Part shown: positions 28,076-43,370 of the stretch, piece by piece | Layout: each line of letters begins with the position of its first letter | How positions within the stretch are numbered: position 1 is the stretch's first letter | NCBI GenBank assembly: GCA_012295275.1 | Contig: CM022678.1 | Location: 9,176,001-9,240,000, forward strand | From: Chrysomallon squamiferum | Taxonomy: Eukaryota > Animalia > Mollusca | DNA length: 64,000 nt | Reading direction: 5' to 3' | Translations under genes and position numbers: made by a program | Notes under the pieces: generated by a model | What the model was told of the DNA's origin: nothing | The model's database searches: none | What the model saw: the letters and a program-made list of their open reading frames with translations, nothing else

Positions 28076-28641
28076 CAGACAGACAGACATACATACATAC
28101 ATACATACATACATACATACAGACAGACATACATACATACATACATACATACATACATACATACATACATACATACATACATACATACATTCATACATAC
28201 ATACATACATACATTCATACATACATACATACATACATACATTCATTCATACATACATTCATAGACATACATACATACATTCATACATACATACATACAT
28301 ACATACATACATACATACATACATACAAACATACATACATACATACATTCATACATAAATACATACATACATACATTTACATACAGACAGACAGACAAAC
28401 ATACATACATTCATACATAAATACATACAGACATTCATTTAAACATACAACATAAATACATTCATTCATAATACATAATTCATACATACACATTACATTC
28501 ATTCATACATACATACATAAATTCATACATTCATACATACATTCATACATACATACATACATACATTCATACATACATACATACATACAGACAGACATAC
28601 ATACATACATTCATACATACATACATACATACATACATACA
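27047..28641. repeat. Long simple-repeat blocks: degenerate (GT)n 27047-27620 and (CATA)n 27983-28641
   Basis: Directly visible; source of the VCVC and YIHT/MYVC ORFs. Confidence 0.97.
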
Positions 28642-29145
28642 GTTAGGTGAATACATAGGTAGCTATACAGACAAAGAAATCACGAAACAATATAAAATAG
28701 TTTTAAAATTTAAATGAAATAAAGACAGAACAATTTTTTTTAATTATCATATAAATATTTTATTACAGTTTTCATTGTACAAGTATAAATTAAATATTCC
28801 AACATTATTTGAAATAAAATATAGTTTAGATGTAAGAAAAGAGAGAGAGAGAGAGAGAAGAGAGAGTTAAAATGACAAAACTTGGTGAAAATTTCAAAAG
28901 TAAATCAGAGTCTGTTTTAAAGTGAAATCTATTTTGTAATTTAGCAAGTTTAAACGATAAAGTAATTCATAATAAATAAATAACATATTTAAAAATAAAA
29001 ATAAAGAAAGTAAACAAATTAACTAAATTAATTACCTTACAGTAAATAAATAACTGATTTTCTGTTTATTTACAAGAAAGAAATGTCTGTGGACTTTCAA
29101 CTTCAAAACAGTTCAGTGAAACTAACTTAGCAGACAGTTTGAAGT

Positions 29146-30626
29146 TTACTTTTTACACCACGTAAATATTTTTATTTCACTGTTAGTCTGTGCCACGTAG
29201 AGTTTGTTGTCATCACAACAGACACACCAAGGTTCGGACAGTCCATCCTGGTCAGTGAGGATGTCACGTGTAATGTTACCATCTCGAGACAACTGAACAA
29301 CACAATTTCTATTTCCACTACAAACAAAAATATTTCCCTCCCTGTCACATGTAACACCTTTCAAGTTTATCAGTTTGTCTGAATCACGTGACTCCCATTT
29401 GACGTCACCTGATGACGTCACACAAAATAATCTGTTTTCTCTCAGTGACACAACAATCAGACATTGATCTTGAACTGTGAGAAACCTCGGACTGGGGATC
29501 AAACCTGTTGAGATAGAATTAATGAGCTGACCACTGTCTGTCAGTATGTCCAAGCACTCATTAGACCACCACCCACCAGTGACCGCGAGACGGTTGCCAG
29601 GTAACACAGAGATAAACAGATACTGTTTACCAGTTGTAATTGTTTTTATCAGTTTGAAGTTTTCCAAATTTAAAAACAATATTTTATTTTCATCTGGCAG
29701 AGCAACGACAACAACAACATCACCCCGCTGACCACGTGACTCAGCAAGACCGCGTGGACTAGTGGAAGTCACGTGTTTGTTTATCAGTGATTTTCTTTCT
29801 AAACAAAAACATTTTACACATTTATTGTTTCTATCACTAACAACAATTTTACTCTTGTCCTCACCTGACACCAGCATGGAAAACACTAAAGGATTTGTTT
29901 TATCTTCTTGTGTTTTTGTGTTAATGGTGTCTGTGTGTTTGAGTGTGTCTGTCTGTTTGTCTATCTGTGTGTCTGTGTGTTGTGTTTTTGTGTTAATGGT
30001 GTCTGTGTGTTTGAGTGTGTCTGTCTGTTTGTCTATCTGTGTGTCTGTGTGTTGTGTTTTTGTGTTAATGGTGTCTGTCTGTTTGTCTATCTGTGTGTCT
30101 GTTTTCATGTTTGTGATTATTTCACCGATGTGCACAGACATTTCTTTCTTTTTGTCAGATTTTCTCAGATTTATTTTGAATTCTGCTTTTTCTATTTGTG
30201 AAAGAGATTTTGTCAGAAACTTTGAAGTTGTGTTTTGAAGTTTGGTGAATTTTGGAAGATTTGTTTTTATGTCTGACTCTGATTTTTCTTTTAACAAATT
30301 TTCACCAAGTTTTATAAACTTTTCATTTTCATCAATCAGATGTTTGTGTTCTCTAAACAACTTTTCTATTTCTGAGTTTACAAAGTTCTGAGATTTTTCT
30401 ATTTCTCTTATTAGCCTGTCTTGTTCTTTGTGGACTGCGGCTGTGAAATCTGTTATTAGTGTGTTACCAATCCTTCTGACCTCTTCTGTGGTGTCCACGA
30501 CGTTGATGTCGACGGCTTGGCGAAGTTGCTCAATCTTATCATCCATCTCTGTCTGAAGAATTTCTTTGTAGGATTTGAGAATCTCAGAAACAGAACTCAG
30601 AATTGAAATGTGGCCTCCCTTTTTAG
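29146..30626 (-). CDS. TRIM-like E3 ligase, coding exon 2 (coiled coil, Thr/Asp-rich repeat linker, NHL-like beta-propeller)
   Basis: TTTCAG acceptor at 30627-30632. The phase-1 join reads S-KKGGHISILSSVSEILKSYKEILQTE directly into the 466-aa ORF (MDDKIEQL...). Blade-like motifs include IVVSDRNNKCVKCF, PRGLA, GVTCDREGNIFVCSGNRNCVVQLSRDG and EPWCVCCDDNKLYVAQ. Spliced CDS is 1767 nt, 588 aa, with no stops. Confidence 0.9.
29909..30100 (-). repeat. In-frame 72-bp coding minisatellite (two full units plus one 54-bp unit) in the TRIM-like linker
   Basis: Unit starts at 29909, 29981 and 30053; encodes TDTQIDKQTDT(LKHTDT)INTKTQH. Confidence 0.9.
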
Positions 30627-30640
30627 CTGAAATAAATAAG

Positions 30641-30683
<43 letters not shown>

Positions 30684-30934
30684 TAATAATAATAGAATTA
30701 GTATTTAGTACTAATGCTTTTAATACAGATATGCATACAATGTTAAGAGTTATATAATTTATTTTATCAACTAAATATAAAATCTGAGTAGAAAAATGTT
30801 ATAGATAAAATGTCCTCTATTTCTTTATGCTGCGATGGTTAATAAAACAACAAATATTTTTAGTTAAATGATCAGTGTAATTTTTTTATTTTTTTAAATT
30901 ATTGTTTAATCAAAACACAACACTGCTGACTCAC

Positions 30935-31220
30935 AACACGTTAAATGTTCTATTTTGTTAATGGCGTCCACCAGTGACTTGTTTATACAGAACTGAGCTG
31001 CCCATGTTTCCACTGGTTTCGTGCTATCTGGAATGTGGACATTCTGCCTGCAGAACGGGCAGCTTATTTCTGTGTCGTTGTTGTCGTAATTTGTGCTGAT
31101 GTAATTCTGCAGGCATTTGCAACAAAACGAATGTCCGCAATAAAGAGTTCTGGGTTTGTCGAAAACGTCCAAACAGAGCGAGCACGAAATACTATCATCC
31201 GAGTTTGAAGCTGTTGCCAT
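30935..31220 (-). CDS. TRIM-like E3 ligase, coding exon 1 (C3HC4 RING finger)
   Basis: MATASNSDDSISCSLCLDVFDKPRTLYCGHSFCCKCLQNY...ISCPFCRQ is a canonical RING-HC of TRIM N-termini. A GTGAGT donor follows at 30934 (286 nt, phase 1). A CAG acceptor lies 2 nt upstream of the ATG, implying an upstream 5'UTR exon. Confidence 0.9.
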
Positions 31221-31222
31221 AT

Positions 31223-31328
<106 letters not shown>

Positions 31329-31890
31329 CCTGGAAGACTAAAAAAAAATATAGAAAAGAAAAATTTAAAACTAATAATAACCAATAATAAAATAATAATA
31401 ATAATAAAATAATAATGATAAATATATAAAATTGCGAATGGAGGTACGACAATGGTATTATAAATAAATAAATGAAATGATAAATATATAAACTGCGAAT
31501 GTAAATACACTAAATAAACTGTTTATTTATTTAGTCTTATTTGTAAAATAAAAGTGCATTACGAACTTGCTAAATTTAACCTTGTGACGTCACTCTTAAT
31601 TCGAGAAGGAAGACGACAGTCTGTTGTAAATTGCGTTGCGACAAAACTAATATAATAAACGAAGTCGGCTGTAATAAATTGTATGAAGAAAAGAAAAAAA
31701 ACAAAAAACCAACAAACTAAACATATGTGAGTATCCATGAATGCTGCAAGTTAATTTATCACACCACTAGAAAAGAAATCGTTTCTCGCAATGTGACGAC
31801 CTACTTTTCTTGAAAATCACATATATCACGCACGATAAAGTAATCGTGGAATTGACTTTGAAAATGATATTTTTAAATATCTTAGAACAC

Positions 31891-31961
<71 letters not shown>

Positions 31962-31970
31962 TTGACTTAC

Positions 31971-32130
31971 TTAGTCTTGAGAAATGAAAATTTTAAGAGC
32001 TGAAAAAATATATCTCCGTTTGTTCGACTGCAATGTCAATTTACTCTTGCAGTAGCGAAGCCCGGTTTTGTCAGACGACACTTACTGAGCGGAAGATACC
32101 AATTCGTAAAAAAAAAAGGGGGCGGTAGAA
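31971..32130 (-). promoter_or_regulatory. Putative 5'UTR exon and CpG-retaining promoter of the TRIM-like gene
   Basis: Minus-strand GTAAGT donor (plus-strand acttac ending 31970). CpG-rich stretch with a GGGGCGG GC-box near 32118. Perfect CRE palindrome GTGACGTCAC at 31584-31593 in the inferred first intron. Confidence 0.4.
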
Positions 32131-32823
32131 GCTTTGAAGTTTTCTATAAAACGTTTGTTTCTTCTGATAAAAAAAATAATCGTGAAATTTTTAAATTGTT
32201 GTAGTTAAGTAAACAGGATTAAAATTAACAACTACCTTAACATAGTTTGTGTACTGAATTAAGTTATAAAATGCTGGTTAGAGCCTATCACACATGTGGT
32301 AATAATAGAGATAGCAGCTGGCTTGTAGTTGGACAGAGAAAGATAATACATTTAGCCGCCAAAATTGTATCGTGTTTAAGCTTGAATAGTGAACTGGCGG
32401 TATCAGGTCTTTTCGTAAGATATATAAATAAACTATAATAATGAAAAACAGCATACAAGGTGAATATATGATTTTAGTCACGTATAAACAATAGTAACAA
32501 AATAATAATAAATATATATCTCTTTTCTGTATTAAATAGCTTTATTTCATTTTATTTAAGATATATATATATATAAATGGTTTTAATCTAATTAATTAAA
32601 TATATATATTATAGAACATATTTCATTAATTGACTAATCTAAACATACTATTTGTTTCTATGCGTGAAAGAGATGAGTTCTTGAAAATTTGAAAATGTCA
32701 CTGTCATTCAAATATACAAGAAATATGATTAAAAATAAAATTACTGTTAATAAATTTTAAACTTTTATAATTGTAATTAAATTTAATACTCTTTATTATT
32801 TTATATACACGTTAATAATCTCT

Positions 32824-32863
<40 letters not shown>

Positions 32864-33236
32864 TATCACTGAGTAAAATTATTATTTTCTGTCATTATAA
32901 TTAAATTGATTTCCCGATATTAATTATTATATGAAGTGTGATGATAATGTGCAGCTGATTCGCTTTCTGTTTATCTACAGCTTAGTTAATAAATTTACAA
33001 AAATAAACGTAATTTATTTTAACATATGTTGCCGCTACTTTCTGTTTTTAGTTACAAACACATTATGTTTTGTTTTATATCTATCTATCGATATATATAT
33101 ATATATATATATTTGTCATTTCTACCTTTTCTTTCCTGAGGAAAATTTATACACACATATATTTTTTCCCAGGAAAGAAAAGGTCAAAATGACAAAGTCT
33201 AATCTCCGTCTTTTGTTCAGTTAACAGCGTCCAGAG

Positions 33237-33269
<33 letters not shown>

Positions 33270-34134
33270 TCTTGAATATGGCCACTGTAAGGAGATAAAA
33301 TAAGATTTTGTTTCACTGACGAACAAAGGAATTTTTTCTTCTTCTGCTTCTCCCTTTCTGTTCATTATTATTATTATTATTATTTTGTTTTTGGATATAT
33401 ATAGCTTATCAAGTCTCCGATTCACCGCATAACCTATTTTGAAACCGGTTCAGATAACATTTTATTTGTTACTGAAACAAAACTTACTATGTTGTGTGTT
33501 TGCTGGTGTGAACAATAAGACAAGTCACGAGTGTTTTATAATGACAGATTTATTCAGAAGACTATACTCCACATAGAAGGATGATGTAGATAAATCGACT
33601 TATTAAATAACGAAATAAAGTACATTACAGTTAAACAAATAAAACACAAACGTACAACTGGTTATAATTTATGTCAGTATTAAACTAATTTCCCGATCTA
33701 ACATATTATAATATGAATTTAGTCAAATTTATTCACCGATCTAATAGTCGACAGTATGTACACATATTAATATTTCTGAATGTAATTTATGTACTTATAC
33801 TTATCTCGCTCAGTCTGTATAAATGCTAACATACAAATAATAAAATATATAAAGAGATGGTTTTTATCTAAGAAAAGAAACAAAGAAACTTTTTGACATA
33901 CATGTGTGTGTGTGAGTGTATGTGTGTGTGTGTGTTTATAACTGTGTAACAAATCTCAGTGAGTAAAAGTTATTATTTTCTGTCAGAGAGACTATTAGTA
34001 TTAGTATTATATTTTGTATTTATATTTGTTTAAAGTTTCAATAATAAACAAGCTGGAATGAGGGTTTCTTAGATATATCATTAATCACATTGAATAAAAT
34101 ACTCGAGTGAAAAGGACGTTTTAAGTTACACACC

Positions 34135-36157
<2,023 letters not shown>

Positions 36158-36910
36158 ATTTTATAAAACAAAATGGTGTTCTTACCAGGTTGGATGTTTT
36201 CTAACAAAGAGATGACAATGAGGCTGTGTTACCGTAGAAACCAGTTTTCAGTTCTATGAGACAAAGACACAAATACGTGATCTAATATACCCGCTTGAAG
36301 CGAACTTTGACCGTCTCGTGATGGAGATAAAACTCAGGTGAGGTATATCAGTTACAATGCATGGCCTGATTTAGTAAACTGAATAGATTTGATAACACTA
36401 CTTCTAAGTCTAGCACTCCTACTACTACCATTCTGTTACTAGTGCTTCTAATACTACAGTTGTTAATTCTACTCCTGCTGCTACAGATTTACTACTACAA
36501 CTACTACTACAACTACTACTACTACTGTAACTATTTCTGTTAGTGTTAGTGTTATTTATTATTGTCTTGTAAATTGAAATTTATTTATGATCAAATGTTT
36601 CTTTGTTTAATATTAACAATATGATTTGTTAAATCTATTTATATTTAGTTGCATATGTTCAACTCGTGTATAATTAATTTATTAGTAAAACACGTGCTAG
36701 TGATAACATGACCTACTCATCTGTTTTGTAAAGAGCAAAGTTTACTTGGTTATCTTAAATTTATTAGATACAGATACACTTTTCAACTTTGTATATGCAA
36801 GTATTTAGATTAGCTACAGTTATTAAAATAACAAAATTTATTGAATTTACAATTATGAGAAAGCTGTGGAATTTTGTTCTCAGCAGATTTTTTGATTTAT
36901 TTAATTATTA

Positions 36911-36960
<50 letters not shown>

Positions 36961-37139
36961 TTTTTTTTTTTTTTTTTTTTTTATAACATATTGTTTGGGC
37001 ATATGCAGGATTAAGTTATAACAGAGTAATGTAACATACGTAATACGACAAAATAGAACGCAACATAACATAAAGTAACAAAACATAACATAACATAACA
37101 TAATATAATACAAATCAGGAAGCATAAAAACAACAAATT

Positions 37140-37520
37140 ATTTTCACATTAACTTGCGTTTTCCTCAAAAAATAACGAACTCGCAGTTTCTAAAAATAGA
37201 TCTTGGAATTTCCATATCATTTCCGAGGACTCAGTGTTTTCTGTGTAACTGAGTAGACTGTATATAAACGAGTTTTATCACTGCTGGAGAAAATTCTGAA
37301 AAATAATAAAAATTCACTGACAGCGACGTTTATTTATTACATACGAGTCAATTATAATATTTAATTATTTCTTATTTTTTAACTGATTTTTTCTTGCCTA
37401 CATATTTATTTGTTTGTTTGTTTGTTCATTTATTATTTTGTTAACTGATTGTTTCTTGCCTACATATTTGTTTGTTTGTTTGTTTGTTTATTATTTTGTT
37501 AATTGATTAATCTTCATATT
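37140..37520. repeat. Dispersed repeat, diverged third copy of 11040-11280 and 56930-57175
   Basis: Shared gagtagactgta..aaacgagttttatcactgctg.agaaaa.tctgaaaaa.aa.aaaattcact and aaaaatagatct.ggaatttcca. Confidence 0.8.
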
Positions 37521-38394
37521 TGTTTATCTATGTTATCTGTTATCTATGTCAATCGTTTTCATTCAGTTGAATATGGAGTTGTTATCATTTTGTTTTTTGT
37601 CATTTTGTAAATTCTTTTTACTATTGCAGACGTCAAGAACACACTAACCCCAATCAGGACAAAATATTTTCTAACACAATTTTTATTATTTTTATATTTT
37701 ATTACAATTTATAACAATCGTTATTTCTAGGTCACCCTTTGGTTTTCTTTTCCCTCCTTTTTCTTCTTCTTGTTTTCTTCTGAAAGCTTAATACTTCTTC
37801 ACTCATACTGTACGGAAATTCTTGCCGACATATTTAAATAAAATCAGTTGTTGAAACTGGGACAAAAGACGTACGCAAAGCTCGTGAAACAAACATGGTT
37901 TTCAGCGAGTGAACTCTTGACCCACTTTTAACGTTATTACACTTCGTGCTTTATACGGCAATAACGAGTGTTCGCGTACAAAACGATATTAGAATGATTT
38001 GCAGGTGTCAAACCATTTCAAATGTCAGTCTGTTTCCACAATTTCATTTCTGTTGGATACGAATGTACGGGGTCGGAGGATGTGTAGTGAAACACTACAT
38101 TTTCTGCAAGTAAGCGAAAAAGAGTTGTTCATTGTTAACTAAACTTAGCCAGCCTCTGATTTTTCATCTGACAAAATTACTAGTAATATTTATTTATTTA
38201 TTTATTTATTTATGTTCATCATCTTCTTCATCGACTTCATCTTATTATTATTATTATTATTATTATTTTATTATTTTATTATTATTATTATTTTTATCTT
38301 TTTTTTTCTTTTATTTTATTTTTATTTATCTTTCCTTCCTTCCTTTTACTCTTTATCTCTCTATCTCCGTTTGTTTTTGTTTTTTTTTTTTTTT

Positions 38395-38438
<44 letters not shown>

Positions 38439-38483
38439 GAATATTATTATTATTAGTAGTAGTAGTAGTAGTAGTAGTTAGTA

Positions 38484-38519
<36 letters not shown>

Positions 38520-39337
38520 GGCAGAGTTCAGGAAGTGCAGACACATTTTAGAACACGACACAAACGTGGGGTTAAAGGTCAAGTTGTGTCACTCGTCGAT
38601 CAGTGACTGTATACAAGAGTACAGGCAGACGTTCTATTTTGTTACTGTTGACAAAGGCTTTGGAATTTTATTAGTTGAAGAAAGTGAATACCTTTTTTAT
38701 TTGTCATTATTTTTTTTTAAATTTATTATATTATAATTATTATTATTATAATGATTCTTTTAATTTTTTATTTTTTTATTTTTTTTTTTTTTTTTTTTAA
38801 ATAATGCATATATGCATAATTTGTGTAGTTTTATTTCTTTTCCTAATATTAGTTTTATTGCATGTAACATAAATAATCTTCAGGATTCTTAATAATAATA
38901 ATGAATAAATAAATAAATAAAAATAAAATAAAATATTGTGGATTAATATTACTCATGCATGTTAAAGAATTATATTTGATTGCAAAACAGAAAAGTGAAG
39001 GTGTAAAATGAATTGTAATATAATTTAACTAAATAAACAAGACACATTAAAACTGTCAATAAAAGTTTTGTAGATGTCATAATGAACTTCATTATGAAGC
39101 TGTATTCAATGTTTTATTTTTTCATTGTTATTATATTTTTTAATGATTTATTTAATTACTACTGTTATTATTATATTTTTTTCTGTTTTCTTAATTATTT
39201 TTTCATGGTATTTTACTGTCGTTATACAGTTATGAATAAAAAAAATACTCTAATCTTAATAATGTGCTGTATTGCATTTGACATTCCATTTATTATCTTT
39301 GTTTAATTTAATTTATTATATTATTTCTGTTCTGAAG

Positions 39338-42300
39338 GTCAGTAACAAGACAGTTGAGGGTCATGTATAAAACTGGACATGAGGCAGGTTTTGCCATCAT
39401 CCTCACAACTCTAGAACAGACGATGTCCTTGTTGTTGATGTGGGAAGACTTTAGAATTTCAAACACTTTCAAGTTTCATCTTTGATGCTGATGAAGGAAT
39501 CAGTACATTTGAGGCTGTAGCCAGGTTCAGAAAAGACAAATACAGTTCTTGTTTTCATACACAGAAATAAAAACTCACACACAAGTATGTGTCCAACCAG
39601 TATTTTTCTTATGCTATTTTCAGTATATATATTTTTTTTTTCTTTTATTTTTATTATATCTGCTAGATATTAAAAGTTTATTTTAGTTACATTTAACTGT
39701 GGAAATTTACAAGATATATTTCAAGTATATAATTTCACTACTGTGTCTTTTATAAAATAAACAGAAGCAAATTCACATTAAAGTAACATTTTAATTATAT
39801 CTTATCACATTAAATGCTTTATTTATTGAAACTATTTTATGTGGCCAGATTTATGTTAGATAACCACAGTTTTTTTTGGAGAAGAAAACAAGAAGAAATA
39901 AGTGGATAAGCATTAATTATAAATAAATAAGTGATTAATTGTTTTTATTTTCTGAAAGAAAGAGTTATAATTTTACTGAAACAGAAAATACAATAATATT
40001 TTATTTCTAATTATAAATAGATAAAGATTTTGCTGAATTAATATTATTATTAAATGAATAAGTGATTAATTGTTTTTATTTTCACAGCTGTTCTGCTACT
40101 GAGAGAGAAGTTTGAGTTGGACTTGCTCACTGAACTCAATCTTCACTCAGACTTGAGTCACACTGTGTCACCTGACCTCACTGTATTCTCACACTGACCT
40201 AACACACTGTATTCTCACAAACACACAACAAACTTGTTAGAGGAACTTCAGGTCACAGCCTCTGAAGAATTTACAGGTCTTCTAATGACACAGCATCCCA
40301 GAAACCATGTAAGACATGTTTGATTAATTTGCAGTGTAAGAATTTACCCACAATTCAATGGGTTTTTATTCTTTTAATTTGTTTTTTAACATTTAAATAT
40401 TTTTAAATTTTACATTTTCTTAGTAATTATTTCCAGAAGTTTTTGACAACTTTATATCAGGAACAATGAGATTACTGATTTGATTAGCAGTTATCAGTAG
40501 TTTTAAATATAACTAGCACTAATCTATCAATCACTTAATTGTACTTAAATTAAATGACAAAAGTCTGTTTACTTATTATTTGTTATACTTAGAGAGATTG
40601 AAAGTAGACATTTATGTACTATTTTTAGATAATAGCTTGGTGTTTCAGGTAATATGGCTGCTGGACAGGAGGTTCAAAGATTCAAAGGTAAATAAAATTA
40701 AGTTATTATGGTATGTGTATAAAAGTAGTTAGCTGAAAATTAATATGACCTGAGTTTAGTTATCAAAGTAAAAAAGTGTAAACCATTGAGTATATTTTTA
40801 ACTTTGGCCTGATAATTATTTTCTAATTTTCTTTTAAGAACAATTAATCTGTTAAAATGTTTATATTCTGGTATTGGGAGTGTATTAATTACATGTATGT
40901 TAATGTTTGTTGTTTTATTAAATGACAATGTGTAACAGATCATATACAATCTGTTAAATTAATTCCAATTTTAGTTTAATCACTTGCATTAAAATATGTT
41001 ACAAGATGTCATTAATCAACTTTCATTATTATAAATATTAGGATATAAAAATCATATAATTCTTTATTTAATTTCCACCACAGGCAATGAATGCTTGACC
41101 AAATGTGTTTGTGAACATGTTTGATAGCACTGATAAAATGCAAGCAAAGATTAACCTGCAGTTTGAAACACATTCCCATTCTGACCATGACTCCAAAAAG
41201 TTGTCATTTTACTTCATGAAATTTGTGTGCATCTTTGACTGGTTTTCAGTGTTCAGGAGTTTCTACTCACTGATACAGAGAAGCTGTTTGAAGCTGATAA
41301 ACAAGGTATACAGTGTCTTCTTGTATTTTCAGTCTTTCCTTTCTAAAACATGTTTCCAGATTGTTGACCATATTTATATTAAACAGATCAAGTATAATTA
41401 ATAATGTTTGTTCTGGCAGGTGTATGTTATTGTATTTTTTTTACTTTGTCAGGTCCTGTAACAGTGCTTTTTTTTTTTTTAGTCACACATTTTAATTCTC
41501 TTACAGTGAAGTGAAGATTATAATTCTGATTGAATGCTTTTAACATTGATTCACATGTTTTTCAGTTATGTTTTGTAGTTGATGACCCTTACCAGCATTA
41601 TCAAACCAGTATACCAGCTGCCAAACGACACCAACAGAAGTTGAGACATCAAAGTCAGCGATAAGCAACATCTGATGCCAAGAACGGAAATCTTGAGTTC
41701 TACAAAATAGTTCATCTACTTCAGGAGCATGCACAACTCATTGATGTTCAAGTTCAGTTGCTGTCTGAAAATAACCTAAAACACTGACAACAGAAGAAAT
41801 ACTGACAGCACCAAGGACAACATGTAGGATGCCTACATCGCAGGGAACAAAACTGTGAAGCAACTTCTACACCAGTGCGCATACATTGTTGCACCCAGTA
41901 TGGATCACATGTAAGAACAGAATTCATTAACTCTGTGTGTATATAGTTATTTTAAAAAATGTGTCTTTTAACTTTGTATGTTAGTATTTGTTAGACTTCA
42001 TGGTCTTCTAAGTTTGTATGTGCTAAGTTACAAAGTCTTTTAAGTTTGTATGTATATATTTATAAAATTTAGTTCAAGAAATCAATGACATAGAACTGAA
42101 TCTTATTTTCTTCTGTATCTTCGATTCAAGACCATCAGAACAATGGTTGAAAAAAAAGGTACTCATATAAATACACAAATTACACAATGGTTTTAGGAAG
42201 AAAACAAAATGTGTATAGGTCTAAGTCATCCAGAGACTTTAATAGGTTTGAAATGTCACTGAATTTGATTCTGTCAAACAGTTATTGTATGCACTGTGTA

Positions 42301-42374
42301 GTCAGTGTTAAATGTGACTGGGATGTTTTGGTAGGAACCAGGGACATTTTCACATGACAATATGACTGGTAACC

Positions 42375-42419
<45 letters not shown>

Positions 42420-43370
42420 GTTTTTGTCTTTTTTAAATAAACTGAGAAAACTATTAAAACAATATGTTTAACAGGTTGTTTTCTCTCAGTCTATGATTTC
42501 CTTTTTTTCTCAAATTTATGTCAAGTTGCTCTATACATTTCTATACCTATTTAAATAACTTTTTAAACAGTTTGTAATTTTCTTTCATATTATTTAAGCT
42601 AAATACATGTTAACATTAAAAAAATTAATAATAAAGATAAAAATTTAGGAAAAGTATGTCCCAGTTATTCAATATGTAGACACTGTAAAATATTAATAAA
42701 ATTATATTTTAGCCAATGCCATTTGTTTGTTATAATAATATTTAACAGACATACACATTAAAACACATAAATAATTTTTAATAATCACAGAAGATAATAC
42801 TAAACTGTCCAATCACATAAACTATACACATAAAAAACTATTTACACCTGTATCTGTAGATAATGACATTAACTGCTCCATCATACCTGTATTACAAAAT
42901 ATTTAACTCATTAAATATAAATCTGTTAATATACAAGTTTGAATTATTCAGTGCTTACAAGTCTGGAAGAATTAAAAAAGAGTTGACAACAAGGCAGAAA
43001 TGGTTTACCATATTACCTATAAATATTTAATTGTGTATGAAAAATTCTTCTGTTTCCTTTCCTTTTTTTTTTCATTTACTAATTGTCAATTTTAATTTAT
43101 TTACAATTTGTTTTATTTTATTTCTTCTTATTATTACTACTACTACTTCTTATTATTAATTTGTTTTATTTGTTATTATTTGTTTTAATCTTTATTATTA
43201 TAATTTTTTAATCTTTATTGCTATTTTTCATATTCTTCTTCTTATTATTATTATTAATGATTTATTTTTGATGTTTTTCAGGCCTGGATTTTGCAGTAAG
43301 CATATGGAGAAAATGCTACAAATGAATTTAAAGAACCTTTCTATGACAAGTCAGATGTGAATGAAATACT
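39338..43370 (+). pseudogene. Series of decayed exon-like blocks of unidentified origin
   Basis: Higher-complexity islands bounded by polypyrimidine-AG and GT at about 39338-39584, 40088-40308, 40649-40687, 41084-41305, 41580-41910 and 43282-43370. They are interrupted by stops and no protein family was recognised. Confidence 0.45.

Noticed and set aside
26838-28358. Long Cys/Val-rich and YIHT/MYVC ORFs
   Set aside because: These are translations of (GT)n and (CATA)n microsatellites and of the N gap.
30906-31220. RING-only 104-aa protein
   Set aside because: A strong GTGAGT donor and an in-frame acceptor join it to the downstream ORF; the last residues are intronic read-through.
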